The notes beneath the pieces are model-generated. The model searched no databases. It saw nothing but the letters and a program-made list of their open reading frames with translations, and was not told where the DNA came from. This document shows, in pieces, positions 18,426-27,474 of a stretch of 61,286 nucleotides of DNA. Made by a program: the position numbers and the translations under genes. Position 1 is the stretch's first letter. Every line of letters starts with the position of its first letter. The stretch comes from a virus (lineage: Duplodnaviria > Caudoviricetes): IMG/VR virus record IMGVR_UViG_3300038551_000086, positions 1-61,286 of that record, one strand, 5' to 3'.

Positions 18426-18760
18426 TGGCTTTTAAAGAAGGTGAAGTATTAGACGCAAGCGCAAATCAGCGTTTTAAACTGGCGCAGATGTTTCAGCAGT
18501 TATTTAAACAAGACCCGATGCAAAAGAAAATCGGCGGGTATGCTTCGGCGTTGATATTAGAAGCAATCCGTTTTCAGCTTGAATCACTGCCGCTAAAGCC
18601 AAAAAAGGTTGTTAAGAAAATCGAGATGGCGGGAGTGGACGAAGAAGATTGGGAAGAAAAGGAATACTTTATTTTCCGCGTGAAGTGGAATCATCCCGTC
18701 ATTGAATACTCTACCGAAATCGTTCACGAAATCCCCGTTGAGGACTTTGAGATAATATGA
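18422..18760 (+). CDS. Hypothetical protein
   Basis: GGAG RBS, overlap. Confidence 0.6.
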   Translation: MMAFKEGEVLDASANQRFKLAQMFQQLFKQDPMQKKIGGYASALILEAIRFQLESLPLKPKKVVKKIEMAGVDEEDWEEKEYFIFRVKWNHPVIEYSTEIVHEIPVEDFEII

Positions 18761-18957
18761 TAATCGAAACTGTCATAATTGTTTTCGGGATGTTAGCGGC
18801 GTTTTGGATGGGCAGCCGCCTTACATCGGGCGAGCGCGTTCTGCCAAACCCGCCGGGAAAACTGGAAGTGATAGAACCGGAAGAACCGGAGGACAAATAC
18901 GGCTCAATCTGGCCGCGTGACCGGGTGGATTACAGCGAGGATAACAATGCCAGCTAA
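18757..18957 (+). CDS. Small N-terminally anchored membrane protein
   Basis: IIETVIIVFGMLAAFWMG; immediately before portal. Confidence 0.6.
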   Translation: MIIETVIIVFGMLAAFWMGSRLTSGERVLPNPPGKLEVIEPEEPEDKYGSIWPRDRVDYSEDNNAS

Positions 18958-20923
18958 GGTAATGACAACCGACACCGACGAACAAAAGGCAATCCTGAAG
19001 AGAACTGAGGACTTGATTTTTCAGGGATTGAAAGGGCGGGAAAACTCCAACGTCCTGATTCGGGCGCAGAAGTTTGACGATTACAGTTGGGGCGATCATC
19101 CCGTAAAAGAGGATTTTGGCAAGAAGGGCAAGACTTACAATAAATTTTCCGAGATCGTAGAGACCCGTGTGGCGCACCTTACCGACAACCGTCCCAAGTG
19201 GGTGTTTGGTCCGCAGGAAGAAGGCGACCTGTTCACTTCCCGCGCATTGAATCAGATTTTGGGCGATTACCTGTGGGATAAAATCGAGTGGGACGACAAG
19301 GGAGAAGATGCGGTATTAGAAGCGGCAGCAAGCGGCACGTGTCATATTAAAGCGGGTGTCGGGCTGGACGGATGGCCGACTTTCACGGTTGTTCCGGCAG
19401 AGGCAATTATCGTTGACCCGCAGGCGCGAAAGCACCGGCAATTGAGATTTATCGGGCATTTTATCGCCCGATCACCTGAATATATCCTGAAGGAATACGG
19501 CGTTAAGGTAAAGCCGGAGCGCGACTACTTGAGACAATCGACCGGGAGCAACTTTGACAAGCCGATTTTGTCTTACCAGCAGTCCAGCGGCGGAACGACC
19601 GCACCTAATGTCTGGTCAATGATCCGGGGAGGAACGAACAAAAACAACGGCGTATTTAACGATGTGATGGGACAGGCGGTATTCTGTGAGATGTATATGG
19701 ACGACTACACGCTTGAACCGATACCCTTTGACATAAATGAAACCAATACCGAGCATTCCCTTATCGCGGGATTGCAGCAGGTTTTACCTTCCATCGGTGA
19801 GAACCATCCCAAGCACTTAAAAGAGCACAAGGCGTTTTTGGCGACTCTTGACCCCGCAGTTGACCGGGATTTTATACCCTTACTTCAAAAGCATATCAAA
19901 TTGACCGAGAATTTGCCGCAGAGCACCAAGCGGTACAAATATCCCTTTGGGCGGATCGTCACCGTCTGCCAGGGAAAGCTATTGCGCGACCAGCCGAACA
20001 AGTTAGCGGAATCTGTCGGGGTTGACTGGAAAATGTTGTGGGTAAAATTCGACTACACCAAAAATCGTAACTACTATTGGGGCAAGCCCTTAGCGCATGA
20101 CCTCTTTGACCCGCAGGATGATTTCAATTATCAGCAAAACGCAATTACGCAAAATATAAAGCTGTTATTGAACGGCATCCGTAAGTGGAGGCGGGGACGG
20201 TTCAAGTTAGACGACCTGAAGCGGATTACCAACCTGATCGGCAAGAACGTACTGGTTGACGATCCGAACGACTTAACGGTTGATTTCGGCAAGGAACTCC
20301 CGGCGAGCCACTTTAACAACCTTGTCTCAATCGAGAGGTTTATGGATCGGCAAGCCGGAAATACGGATATTCTTAGCGGAAACCTGCCAAAAGGCTCACC
20401 TGCCGGGGTTACGGTAGATACCCTGATGCAGACCGGAACGGCGAGGATTCGCCTTGCCTTGCGCCACTACACTTACGCGCTCGAATGGATGGCAAGGATG
20501 GCAATCGGAATAATGATCGAATACACCGACCCGTCAGAGGAATTTGAAATCATGGGAGAAAGCGGAGCGATTGAAATAAAGCAGTGGCGGGAATTGAGAG
20601 AGACTTTAAGAGGCAATAAAGCCTTGAAGAATATCAGAATTGACGTGCGTTCTATCAGTTCCACCACCCGCCAGCAGGATCAGGAGCTAATCTTGAACTT
20701 GGGCGAAAGAGGGATTGTTGACCCGCAGACTGTCTTAGAGATGCTGGATATACCGAATAAATACGCAATCATCCAGCGCATTAATCAGATTAATCAACTT
20801 AAAGGGCAGTTAGAACAAGCCGGGCAAGTAATAGACCAACAGCAAAAGCAAATAAATACTTTTGTAAACCGAGCACAAGAACAACAAGGAGAAGGAAATG
20901 TCGGCCTCCCAACAACGAGGTAA
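18947..20923 (+). CDS. Portal protein (podovirus/P22-like, long C-terminal helix)
   Basis: YNKFSEIVETRVAHLTDNRPK, IIVDP.A, YYWGKPL..DLFDPQ, Q-rich C-terminal coil; position after terL. Confidence 0.88.
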   Translation: MPAKVMTTDTDEQKAILKRTEDLIFQGLKGRENSNVLIRAQKFDDYSWGDHPVKEDFGKKGKTYNKFSEIVETRVAHLTDNRPKWVFGPQEEGDLFTSRALNQILGDYLWDKIEWDDKGEDAVLEAAASGTCHIKAGVGLDGWPTFTVVPAEAIIVDPQARKHRQLRFIGHFIARSPEYILKEYGVKVKPERDYLRQSTGSNFDKPILSYQQSSGGTTAPNVWSMIRGGTNKNNGVFNDVMGQAVFCEMYMDDYTLEPIPFDINETNTEHSLIAGLQQVLPSIGENHPKHLKEHKAFLATLDPAVDRDFIPLLQKHIKLTENLPQSTKRYKYPFGRIVTVCQGKLLRDQPNKLAESVGVDWKMLWVKFDYTKNRNYYWGKPLAHDLFDPQDDFNYQQNAITQNIKLLLNGIRKWRRGRFKLDDLKRITNLIGKNVLVDDPNDLTVDFGKELPASHFNNLVSIERFMDRQAGNTDILSGNLPKGSPAGVTVDTLMQTGTARIRLALRHYTYALEWMARMAIGIMIEYTDPSEEFEIMGESGAIEIKQWRELRETLRGNKALKNIRIDVRSISSTTRQQDQELILNLGERGIVDPQTVLEMLDIPNKYAIIQRINQINQLKGQLEQAGQVIDQQQKQINTFVNRAQEQQGEGNVGLPTTR

Positions 20924-21278
20924 GAAAGCGCAACCGAAAAAGGTTAAAGAAACCCCGGTTGTGGTGGAAGAAAAAAAGGAAGTTACGCTCAATGATATTT
21001 TCAAGGAGAAACCGGCGGAAGTAGCGCGACCCGAACCCGCACCCGCAAAGGTCAAGGCAGAGGCAACGCCGAAAGAGCCGGAAGTATTCGTAGATCACGA
21101 GAAGCTACTAAGATGGGCTGCCCGTTTGAAAACATCCCGAAATTTCGGAGCGTGGGGAAACGGCGCGAATTTCGCCAATCACATGATTAAGGATGTTTTA
21201 AAGATTAGCGGGAAAGAATTGTCCATCGAAGAAGCGTCAAAACTGATCAGCGTTCATACGAGCGTAACGCCAGACTAA
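20898..21278 (+). CDS. Hypothetical protein (K/E/P-rich N-terminus)
   Basis: AAGGA RBS; between portal and scaffold. Confidence 0.6.
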   Translation: MSASQQRGKKAQPKKVKETPVVVEEKKEVTLNDIFKEKPAEVARPEPAPAKVKAEATPKEPEVFVDHEKLLRWAARLKTSRNFGAWGNGANFANHMIKDVLKISGKELSIEEASKLISVHTSVTPD

Positions 21279-21320
21279 TTAACCTATAATTAACAAGACC
21301 AACTCAAAGGAGCGTCTATA

Positions 21321-22139
21321 ATGTTACGACCCAAAATTTACTACGAGGACGGGGCAACTCCCGCCGGGAGCAATGCGCCGACTACGCTCACCTACAATTA
21401 CGGAGGTGAAACAATTACGGTTGATCTTTCCAATCCCGAATCTGTCAAGTTAGCCCAGGATCGTTTGAGTAAAGGGCACAACATGGAGAAGATCGCGGAA
21501 GAAAGAAATAAACTGAAAGCACAGGCTGAGAAGTTGCAGCAAACGGTTGATGCCTGGAACGACCGCCTTGAAGCCGCCAGGAGCGACCCGGCAGAAATGC
21601 AGGCTCTTGTCGGTGATCTGGAAAACTATATCGGCAGACCGCTAACCCGCGCAGAAGAAAGGGCGGTTGCAAGCGATAACGCCGATTTTGACGACCCGGT
21701 GATGAAAGAACTATTGAACTTGAAAAAGGAATTTACCACCTACCGGGAACAGCAGACCAAAGCCGCGCAGGAACGGGAAATACAGGCGGAAGCAAGGAAG
21801 CTCGTAGCCAAACTCGACGAGATGGAACACAGCCCGGATAAGTACCCCGGCTTTGACCGCGAGAAGGTTTACGAGTTGGCGCGAGAAAAGGGCACAACCG
21901 ATTTTGAAATGGTTTACTACTATCTCAATCGGGACGCTTTTGTGGAAGCGGAACGAAAAAAGATCGAAGCTGAATTTAAACAACTAACAGACAAACGAAA
22001 GGCAGCCGCTACGGAAGGCGATGCCTCACCCGCTTCTTTAAACGAACCGCCTAAGACTTTCCGCAAAGTTGCAGATGTGGGAAGGGCTTTAAGGGACGAA
22101 CTGAAAACAGGGAAAGTATCGTTTTTTACCGATGATTAA
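21321..22139 (+). CDS. Capsid scaffolding protein
   Basis: Acidic coiled-coil, KYPGFD motif, directly upstream of MCP. Confidence 0.75.
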   Translation: MLRPKIYYEDGATPAGSNAPTTLTYNYGGETITVDLSNPESVKLAQDRLSKGHNMEKIAEERNKLKAQAEKLQQTVDAWNDRLEAARSDPAEMQALVGDLENYIGRPLTRAEERAVASDNADFDDPVMKELLNLKKEFTTYREQQTKAAQEREIQAEARKLVAKLDEMEHSPDKYPGFDREKVYELAREKGTTDFEMVYYYLNRDAFVEAERKKIEAEFKQLTDKRKAAATEGDASPASLNEPPKTFRKVADVGRALRDELKTGKVSFFTDD

Positions 22140-22177
22140 GCGGATGCCTCCAATCATTTAATGGAGGATTTACTACA

Positions 22178-23188
22178 ATGGCTTTAAATTATGACAATAT
22201 CTCCGCAATCGTGAGAGATAAGTATATTCCCACTTTGAAAGATCAAGTACACAAAGGTTCTGCGGCGCTTGCTCTTTTGGGGCTGGACGACCGTATCCAA
22301 GACCCTGGTCCCCGGCTGGAATCAATGGCAATCGGCGGAGGGACTAAGGTTATTCAACCGTTGGAATACGGTGAATCTAACGCGCAGTACTACACCTACT
22401 ATGACACCATTGACATTACCCCGCCCGAATTTATCACCGGCGCGGAGTATTACATGCGTAACGTGGCAGTCCCGATCAGTATTTCGCAGGATGAAGAACT
22501 GAAGGTTGACGGGGACGACCTGAAGGTGTTGGACCTGCTCGATTCCAAAATGGAAAACGCCCGAAAAGCGATGCTGAAACAACTGGCGACCGATTTCTAT
22601 ACCGGGGCAGGTTCTACCGGGCTTGTCGGGCTGGACACCGCAATCGGAACGGGCACTTACGGCGGGATCGCCGGGGCTTCTTATTCCTGGTGGCAAGCTG
22701 GCGTTGATACGACCGCCCACACCGCCGCGAACATGAAAGACTCGACTTCTACCTCTTACCTGCCGACCATCCTGGCGACCGGGTATGCAAGCTGTACGCA
22801 GTTGGGCAATCCCGCACCGACTCACGTCTTGATGACTCAGCAGGTATGGGATATTGCCGAGCAGATAGCGGCAAACGATCAGCGATTCACTAAACCGACC
22901 GCCGGAAGCAAGGGCGAAGCCCTGGCTAATTTGGGCTTCAGCGTCCTGATGTGGCGGAATATCCCCCTGATTGTTGACCGATACATCTCGACAACTGCCT
23001 ACCCGATGTATATGGGTAATTTTGCGGAAGGGTTTGTGATGTATTACCATCCCAAGAACAACTTCAAAATGTCGGAATGGGTGAAGTCAACCAATCAAAT
23101 GGCGCGTGTGGCGATGCTTACCTACACCTGTCAGACCGCAGTATCGAACCGCCGGATGTTCTACCGTTGGAGCGACCTGAATAATTAA
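22178..23188 (+). CDS. Major capsid protein
   Basis: GGTKVIQPLEYG, LLDSKMENA, GTYGGI.GASYSWW, LGFSVLMWRNIPLIVD, SNRR. Confidence 0.9.
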   Translation: MALNYDNISAIVRDKYIPTLKDQVHKGSAALALLGLDDRIQDPGPRLESMAIGGGTKVIQPLEYGESNAQYYTYYDTIDITPPEFITGAEYYMRNVAVPISISQDEELKVDGDDLKVLDLLDSKMENARKAMLKQLATDFYTGAGSTGLVGLDTAIGTGTYGGIAGASYSWWQAGVDTTAHTAANMKDSTSTSYLPTILATGYASCTQLGNPAPTHVLMTQQVWDIAEQIAANDQRFTKPTAGSKGEALANLGFSVLMWRNIPLIVDRYISTTAYPMYMGNFAEGFVMYYHPKNNFKMSEWVKSTNQMARVAMLTYTCQTAVSNRRMFYRWSDLNN

Positions 23189-23249
23189 TCGGTTAGGTTG
23201 AGCAATTAATAAACTTAAAAAAGCAATTTGAAATCAAGGAGTATAAACA

Positions 23250-24056
23250 ATGGCACAAGGAACTCAAGCAGCATACCGGAAGCCTCGTTCTTCCGGCGCA
23301 CCTGCTATCTTAATTGGCACAGAAGGGCTTTACACCAACGACACCGTAAGACGGTTCAGTCTTGGTCAAAAAGCCCATGACGTTGATGGCAATGTTTACC
23401 GCTACGTTCTTGCCACCGAAGCCCTGGCGATGGGACAGGTAGTTACCGCTACCGCTTTGGCCGCATGGGATTCTACTATTGTGGTGGATGGCGCGGTAAC
23501 GGCCGGCGACACCAAGATTCATGTGGATACCGTGACGACCGCAGTAGCGGCAAACTACTATTCCGGGTACTGGATCGGGCAAGCTGCGGCAGCGGGACCG
23601 TTGGGCGCATTGCACAAGATTAAATCCCATGAAGCCCTGGCAGCCTCCGGCGAAGGCGATATTTGGCTGGATGAATCTACCCCGGCCGGGGAAGCGTTTG
23701 CGAATGATGCGGTTCTGTATATTTTCCATCCCTGGAAAGTGGAACTGTGCGACGCAACTTCCGAAATCATACGCGGCGTAGTAGTGAACACAATCGACTC
23801 CGGTTCTTACGGATTTATCCAAACAGGCGGATTCTGTCCGTCAGTTTTGACCGGGCATAGCACATCGGCAGCAGTGGTTGTAAATGAACCGCTTGTACCG
23901 CTTGCGACTCCGGCAGGTTCCGTCGAGGGTGTGGATTTTAGTTCTGCATCCGAAGCAGAAGTGTTGCAGGCTTGCGGTATTCGCCTGATTGCCCTTGCGG
24001 CAGTGGCAGCCAATATCGTTTGCAGGATTCCGGGCTACATCTACGGCGAACTGTAA
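23250..24056 (+). CDS. Capsid cement/decoration protein
   Basis: Follows MCP; LGQKAHDVDGNVYRYV and YGFIQTGG motifs. Confidence 0.7.
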   Translation: MAQGTQAAYRKPRSSGAPAILIGTEGLYTNDTVRRFSLGQKAHDVDGNVYRYVLATEALAMGQVVTATALAAWDSTIVVDGAVTAGDTKIHVDTVTTAVAANYYSGYWIGQAAAAGPLGALHKIKSHEALAASGEGDIWLDESTPAGEAFANDAVLYIFHPWKVELCDATSEIIRGVVVNTIDSGSYGFIQTGGFCPSVLTGHSTSAAVVVNEPLVPLATPAGSVEGVDFSSASEAEVLQACGIRLIALAAVAANIVCRIPGYIYGEL

Positions 24057-24064
24057 AAACTAAC

Positions 24065-24103
24065 AGGGTTAAGGGGAGAGGGGCTTCTTCTCCCCTGCCC
24101 TTT
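24065..24103 (+). terminator. Probable intrinsic terminator after head genes
   Basis: AGGGGAGAG.../...CTTCTCCCCT stem followed by short T run. Confidence 0.6.
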
Positions 24104-24131
24104 ATGTTCAACATAACCGGGAGATTCAAAA

Positions 24132-24626
24132 ATGAAATATCTGTATTTTGTTTTTATAGCGGTTCTTTTGTCTTTTACCGCAAACGCCCAGGTTGTCGGA
24201 ATTGATTTTAATACCTCTGTCCCCACCGGGGATTTCGGCAATACCGTCAATGTAGGCTTTAGCGGCGGGGTGCATGTGGAAGTTCCGGTATTCGGCATGA
24301 CGGGCGTTCTTTACGGCGGTTACGGCTTTTGGGATGAAAAGACTACCCCTATCCCCTCTTTCAGCGTTACCAACTTTCCGGTTATCCTTGCCGGGGCAAG
24401 AAGCTATTACGGGAAACTATATCTGTCAACTTTGGCGGGTATCTACCCGGTAAAAGTAAAGACCGAAGAAATTGAACTCTTAGAGGAAACTCAAGGCGCG
24501 ATACAGGTAGGCGCTGGCTATCTATTCCCGGTTAGTTTCTTCCATCTTGATTTATCAGGGAATTTCTTATGGACGCAGGATTACTCACAGGTTCAATTCG
24601 GCGTGGGTATTCTGCTTAACAAATAA
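24132..24626 (+). CDS. Small outer-membrane beta-barrel protein with Sec signal peptide (moron-like)
   Basis: Signal ...FTANA|Q; P.GDFG...GF.GG, GAGY, amphipathic strands, terminal QVQFGVGIL. Confidence 0.75.
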   Translation: MKYLYFVFIAVLLSFTANAQVVGIDFNTSVPTGDFGNTVNVGFSGGVHVEVPVFGMTGVLYGGYGFWDEKTTPIPSFSVTNFPVILAGARSYYGKLYLSTLAGIYPVKVKTEEIELLEETQGAIQVGAGYLFPVSFFHLDLSGNFLWTQDYSQVQFGVGILLNK

Positions 24627-24635
24627 GGTGATTAA

Positions 24636-25247
24636 ATGGCTGTGCTTGCAACGGAAATATTAAAAGTAAGGTACTTGCTGGATCAGACCGTCAACACTGA
24701 TACCCAATTTGATGACACCTATTTTTTGCCGAACGCCTTGAACCAGGGGCGCAGAATGTTTGCGCGGATATTGCCGGAAGAAATGATACCGGGATTGCAG
24801 ACAACCGGAACAATTACGCTAACGGCGGGATTCGGGGCATTTCCCTCAGACCTCTTGCGGCATATCGCAGACCCTTATGTAATAGTGGTTGCGGCGGGAA
24901 AGTCAATTGTTGCATCGGAGATCGTGCAAGGCGAACGCTGGCGGTTGGGCTTTTTGGAAGGGAATGGATTAACAGCAGGTTCAATCCCTAATGAGATTGC
25001 CTACTACATAAAATACAAGACCGGGATACAGGTATGGCCGAATAGCGCGACAAGCGTAACCTTCCCCTATATCAAAGAGCCGACCGCATTAAGCTCATCG
25101 GATAATACCGAACTGCCGCTTGACGTTGACGACATGGTTGTTACGTACGCATTTTATCGTTGCATGAATACACAACGCGGGGACATGGATATTGCTCAAC
25201 AGATTTTGAAAGAGCATCAAATTGTATTAAAAGACGCGAAGGTTTAA
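24636..25247 (+). CDS. Head-tail adaptor protein 1
   Basis: VRYLLD...LNQG, FPSDLL, IQVWP..SVTFPYIKEPT.L pattern. Confidence 0.72.
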   Translation: MAVLATEILKVRYLLDQTVNTDTQFDDTYFLPNALNQGRRMFARILPEEMIPGLQTTGTITLTAGFGAFPSDLLRHIADPYVIVVAAGKSIVASEIVQGERWRLGFLEGNGLTAGSIPNEIAYYIKYKTGIQVWPNSATSVTFPYIKEPTALSSSDNTELPLDVDDMVVTYAFYRCMNTQRGDMDIAQQILKEHQIVLKDAKV

Positions 25248-25879
25248 TTATGTTTTTGCTTTCTAACTGGTTTTGTCAAAGCATCGGGGACTTTCCAGCC
25301 GCTATTCAAACGACTGAACAATGTCCCTATTGGCATCTCAAGTTCATTCGCCCAATCGGTAACGCATTTAGTTTCGTCGTTAAATGTTACCAATCTATTG
25401 GTTCTTTTATTTCTGGATTGAACAAATCTGGTTGCCCATCTACAATTAGAAGGTTCATAATCACCATCATTGTTAATTCGATCAATGGAATAAATTCTAT
25501 ATGGGCGCTTACCCATATCGTTATAAAATTCTTCAAAAGAATTTTTCCATTTATCGCACATTTTTATTCCTCTGCCACCATAAAGATGATAATATTTACT
25601 GTTAGGGTTGTAACATCTTTCTTTCATTCTTGCCCATATACCGTATTCAGGAAAATCACGTTTCCCGTGCCTGTATTGTCTTTCTGCCGCTTTCTCCTTC
25701 GCAAAGCAACCGCAACTATTTGTGTGTCCGGTTCTAAGTTTGTAAGATTCAATATTGGCAAAATTACCGCATTTGCAACGACATCTCCAATATATGCGTT
25801 TTTTATTTTTCCTTTTGGCAATTCCAATAACCGTCAAGTAGCCGAATTTTCTACCAGTTATATCAATAAGATTAGACAT
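25244..25879 (-). CDS. HNH homing endonuclease 1
   Basis: [46 protein letters not shown]; C-terminal HTH. Confidence 0.9.
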   Translation of the reverse strand: MSNLIDITGRKFGYLTVIGIAKRKNKKRIYWRCRCKCGNFANIESYKLRTGHTNSCGCFAKEKAAERQYRHGKRDFPEYGIWARMKERCYNPNSKYYHLYGGRGIKMCDKWKNSFEEFYNDMGKRPYRIYSIDRINNDGDYEPSNCRWATRFVQSRNKRTNRLVTFNDETKCVTDWANELEMPIGTLFSRLNSGWKVPDALTKPVRKQKHN

Positions 25880-25907
25880 ACTAATATCACCTTGTTATGT
25901 TCTTCCG

Positions 25908-25936
25908 AATTTAAGAATAAATGTTGTGAATATCAA
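25908..25936 (-). promoter_or_regulatory. Sigma70-type promoter for HNH 1
   Basis: TTGATA-17-TAAATT on minus strand. Confidence 0.55.
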
Positions 25937-25965
25937 GGATTTTTTTTACAGGGAGCTAAAGTATA

Positions 25966-26658
25966 ATGGCAGCTTCATCTTGGACGTTTAAAGAGATACA
26001 GGATTTTGTCACCGATCAGTTGCAGGAAGTCTTGAGCGCACCGGATATGAGCACCCACAAAATCAAGAAGTATATCAATCTTGGCTACGTGGATTTTTGC
26101 CGGAGAACAAAGATGCTCACCGACAGCTACGACATTACGACAGTGGCGAATCAGGTAAGCTATTCGATCTACGATGCAAATTTTGCGAACGTGACCCACG
26201 TGAGATATATCGAAGATTCATCGACCGAATACGGCATACCGCTAAGACTGTTTCCGGGCGGATTTGCCAACCTGCCGCGAGATATGGAGTTTGGGGAGCC
26301 TTATTACTATTGGGTGAGATATACGGGCGACAATACCGCTACGGAGATCGGCACTGTGCCGGTTGCCTCAACCGCAGATGAAACATTGACCGTTTGGGGC
26401 TATACCCTGCCGACCGTATTAAGCACCGACAACCAAACGCCGCTTCTCAAACAGGATTACCAGGAAGCTATGATACTCTACCCGGTTTGGAAGTTATGCA
26501 ACGCCTACGCTCATAAGTCGAAGGCAATCCGGGAAAAGGCAAGGGAGGCGCGGAACGAATACATTGACTTAGTTCAGGATGCTTTGAAAGATACAAGTTC
26601 ATTCTCGACCGACGACATTTCGACGGTGGATGAATATTCGGCTTTTGATCCATTTTAA
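25966..26658 (+). CDS. Head-tail adaptor protein 2
   Basis: IKKYINLGYVDFCRRT, TVANQVSY, GEPYYYW, PTVLS.DNQTP.L. Confidence 0.75.
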   Translation: MAASSWTFKEIQDFVTDQLQEVLSAPDMSTHKIKKYINLGYVDFCRRTKMLTDSYDITTVANQVSYSIYDANFANVTHVRYIEDSSTEYGIPLRLFPGGFANLPRDMEFGEPYYYWVRYTGDNTATEIGTVPVASTADETLTVWGYTLPTVLSTDNQTPLLKQDYQEAMILYPVWKLCNAYAHKSKAIREKAREARNEYIDLVQDALKDTSSFSTDDISTVDEYSAFDPF

Positions 26659-26768
26659 GAGGGTTGCAGGAAGGCAGGTCACAGGGAAGTGACACCCTCT
26701 TTAAACTTTGAGAGAATATGAATACTAAAAACAAAACGATTGGAAATACCGAGAATCTTAGAAAGATA

Positions 26769-27281
26769 TTATATTTTCTTTGTTCTTTTTCTGCGGTTAT
26801 TGCTTTGCTCCCTATTTGTTGCCCATCGGCAATTTTCAGGCGTATAATCACCATCATTGTTGATCCGATCAATGCTATGTTTAGGGGATGGACGTTTTCC
26901 CATATCAGCGAAAAAGTTTTTAAACGAATTACGCCAACGATCACAAACTCTTATTCCTCTTTGCCCATAGTACTTGAAAGATTCCTCGTTGGAATTATAA
27001 CATCTTCTTTTCATACCGCACCAAACAGAATATTCGGGCTTATTTCTGGTAAAGCCCCATACTATACCTTTTTTGCTATGACCGCTTTTGCGACCATTTT
27101 CTATATAAAGGCAACCACAACTTTTAGTGTTTCCGCTTTTGAGATTGTCTCCTTTTGCTATTGTAGTATTACCACAATCGCACTTACAAAGCCAATAAGC
27201 ATAACCTCGTTTTGTGAAGGCATATTCTATTACCAGCAACATATTGTAACGATTACCAGAAATATCAATTCTTCTCGACAT
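26769..27281 (-). CDS. HNH homing endonuclease 2 (paralog of HNH 1)
   Basis: [41 protein letters not shown]. Confidence 0.9.
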   Translation of the reverse strand: MSRRIDISGNRYNMLLVIEYAFTKRGYAYWLCKCDCGNTTIAKGDNLKSGNTKSCGCLYIENGRKSGHSKKGIVWGFTRNKPEYSVWCGMKRRCYNSNEESFKYYGQRGIRVCDRWRNSFKNFFADMGKRPSPKHSIDRINNDGDYTPENCRWATNREQSNNRRKRTKKI

Positions 27282-27440
27282 AACCTATCCTCGAAATTAA
27301 AAACCCGCTATAAGGCTTGTCTCAGGTGGATAACGCAAGGCGTGTCTAACCTGGCGTATGCCTCTAAAACATACGCGGGCGCTTATAACGGGCTTATTGA
27401 AATTCGGAATCATTCTGCGTTATCTCTTTTTGACGTAATA

Positions 27441-27469
27441 AATATAAAGACAAAAGTGGTATAAATCAA
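27441..27469 (-). promoter_or_regulatory. Sigma70-type promoter for HNH 2
   Basis: TTGATT-17-TATATT on minus strand. Confidence 0.6.
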
Positions 27470-27474
27470 GCGAT

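Noticed and set aside
25160-27464. Long plus-strand ORFs 25160..25966 and 26718..27464
   Set aside because: Antisense shadows of the HNH genes with no motifs and atypical composition
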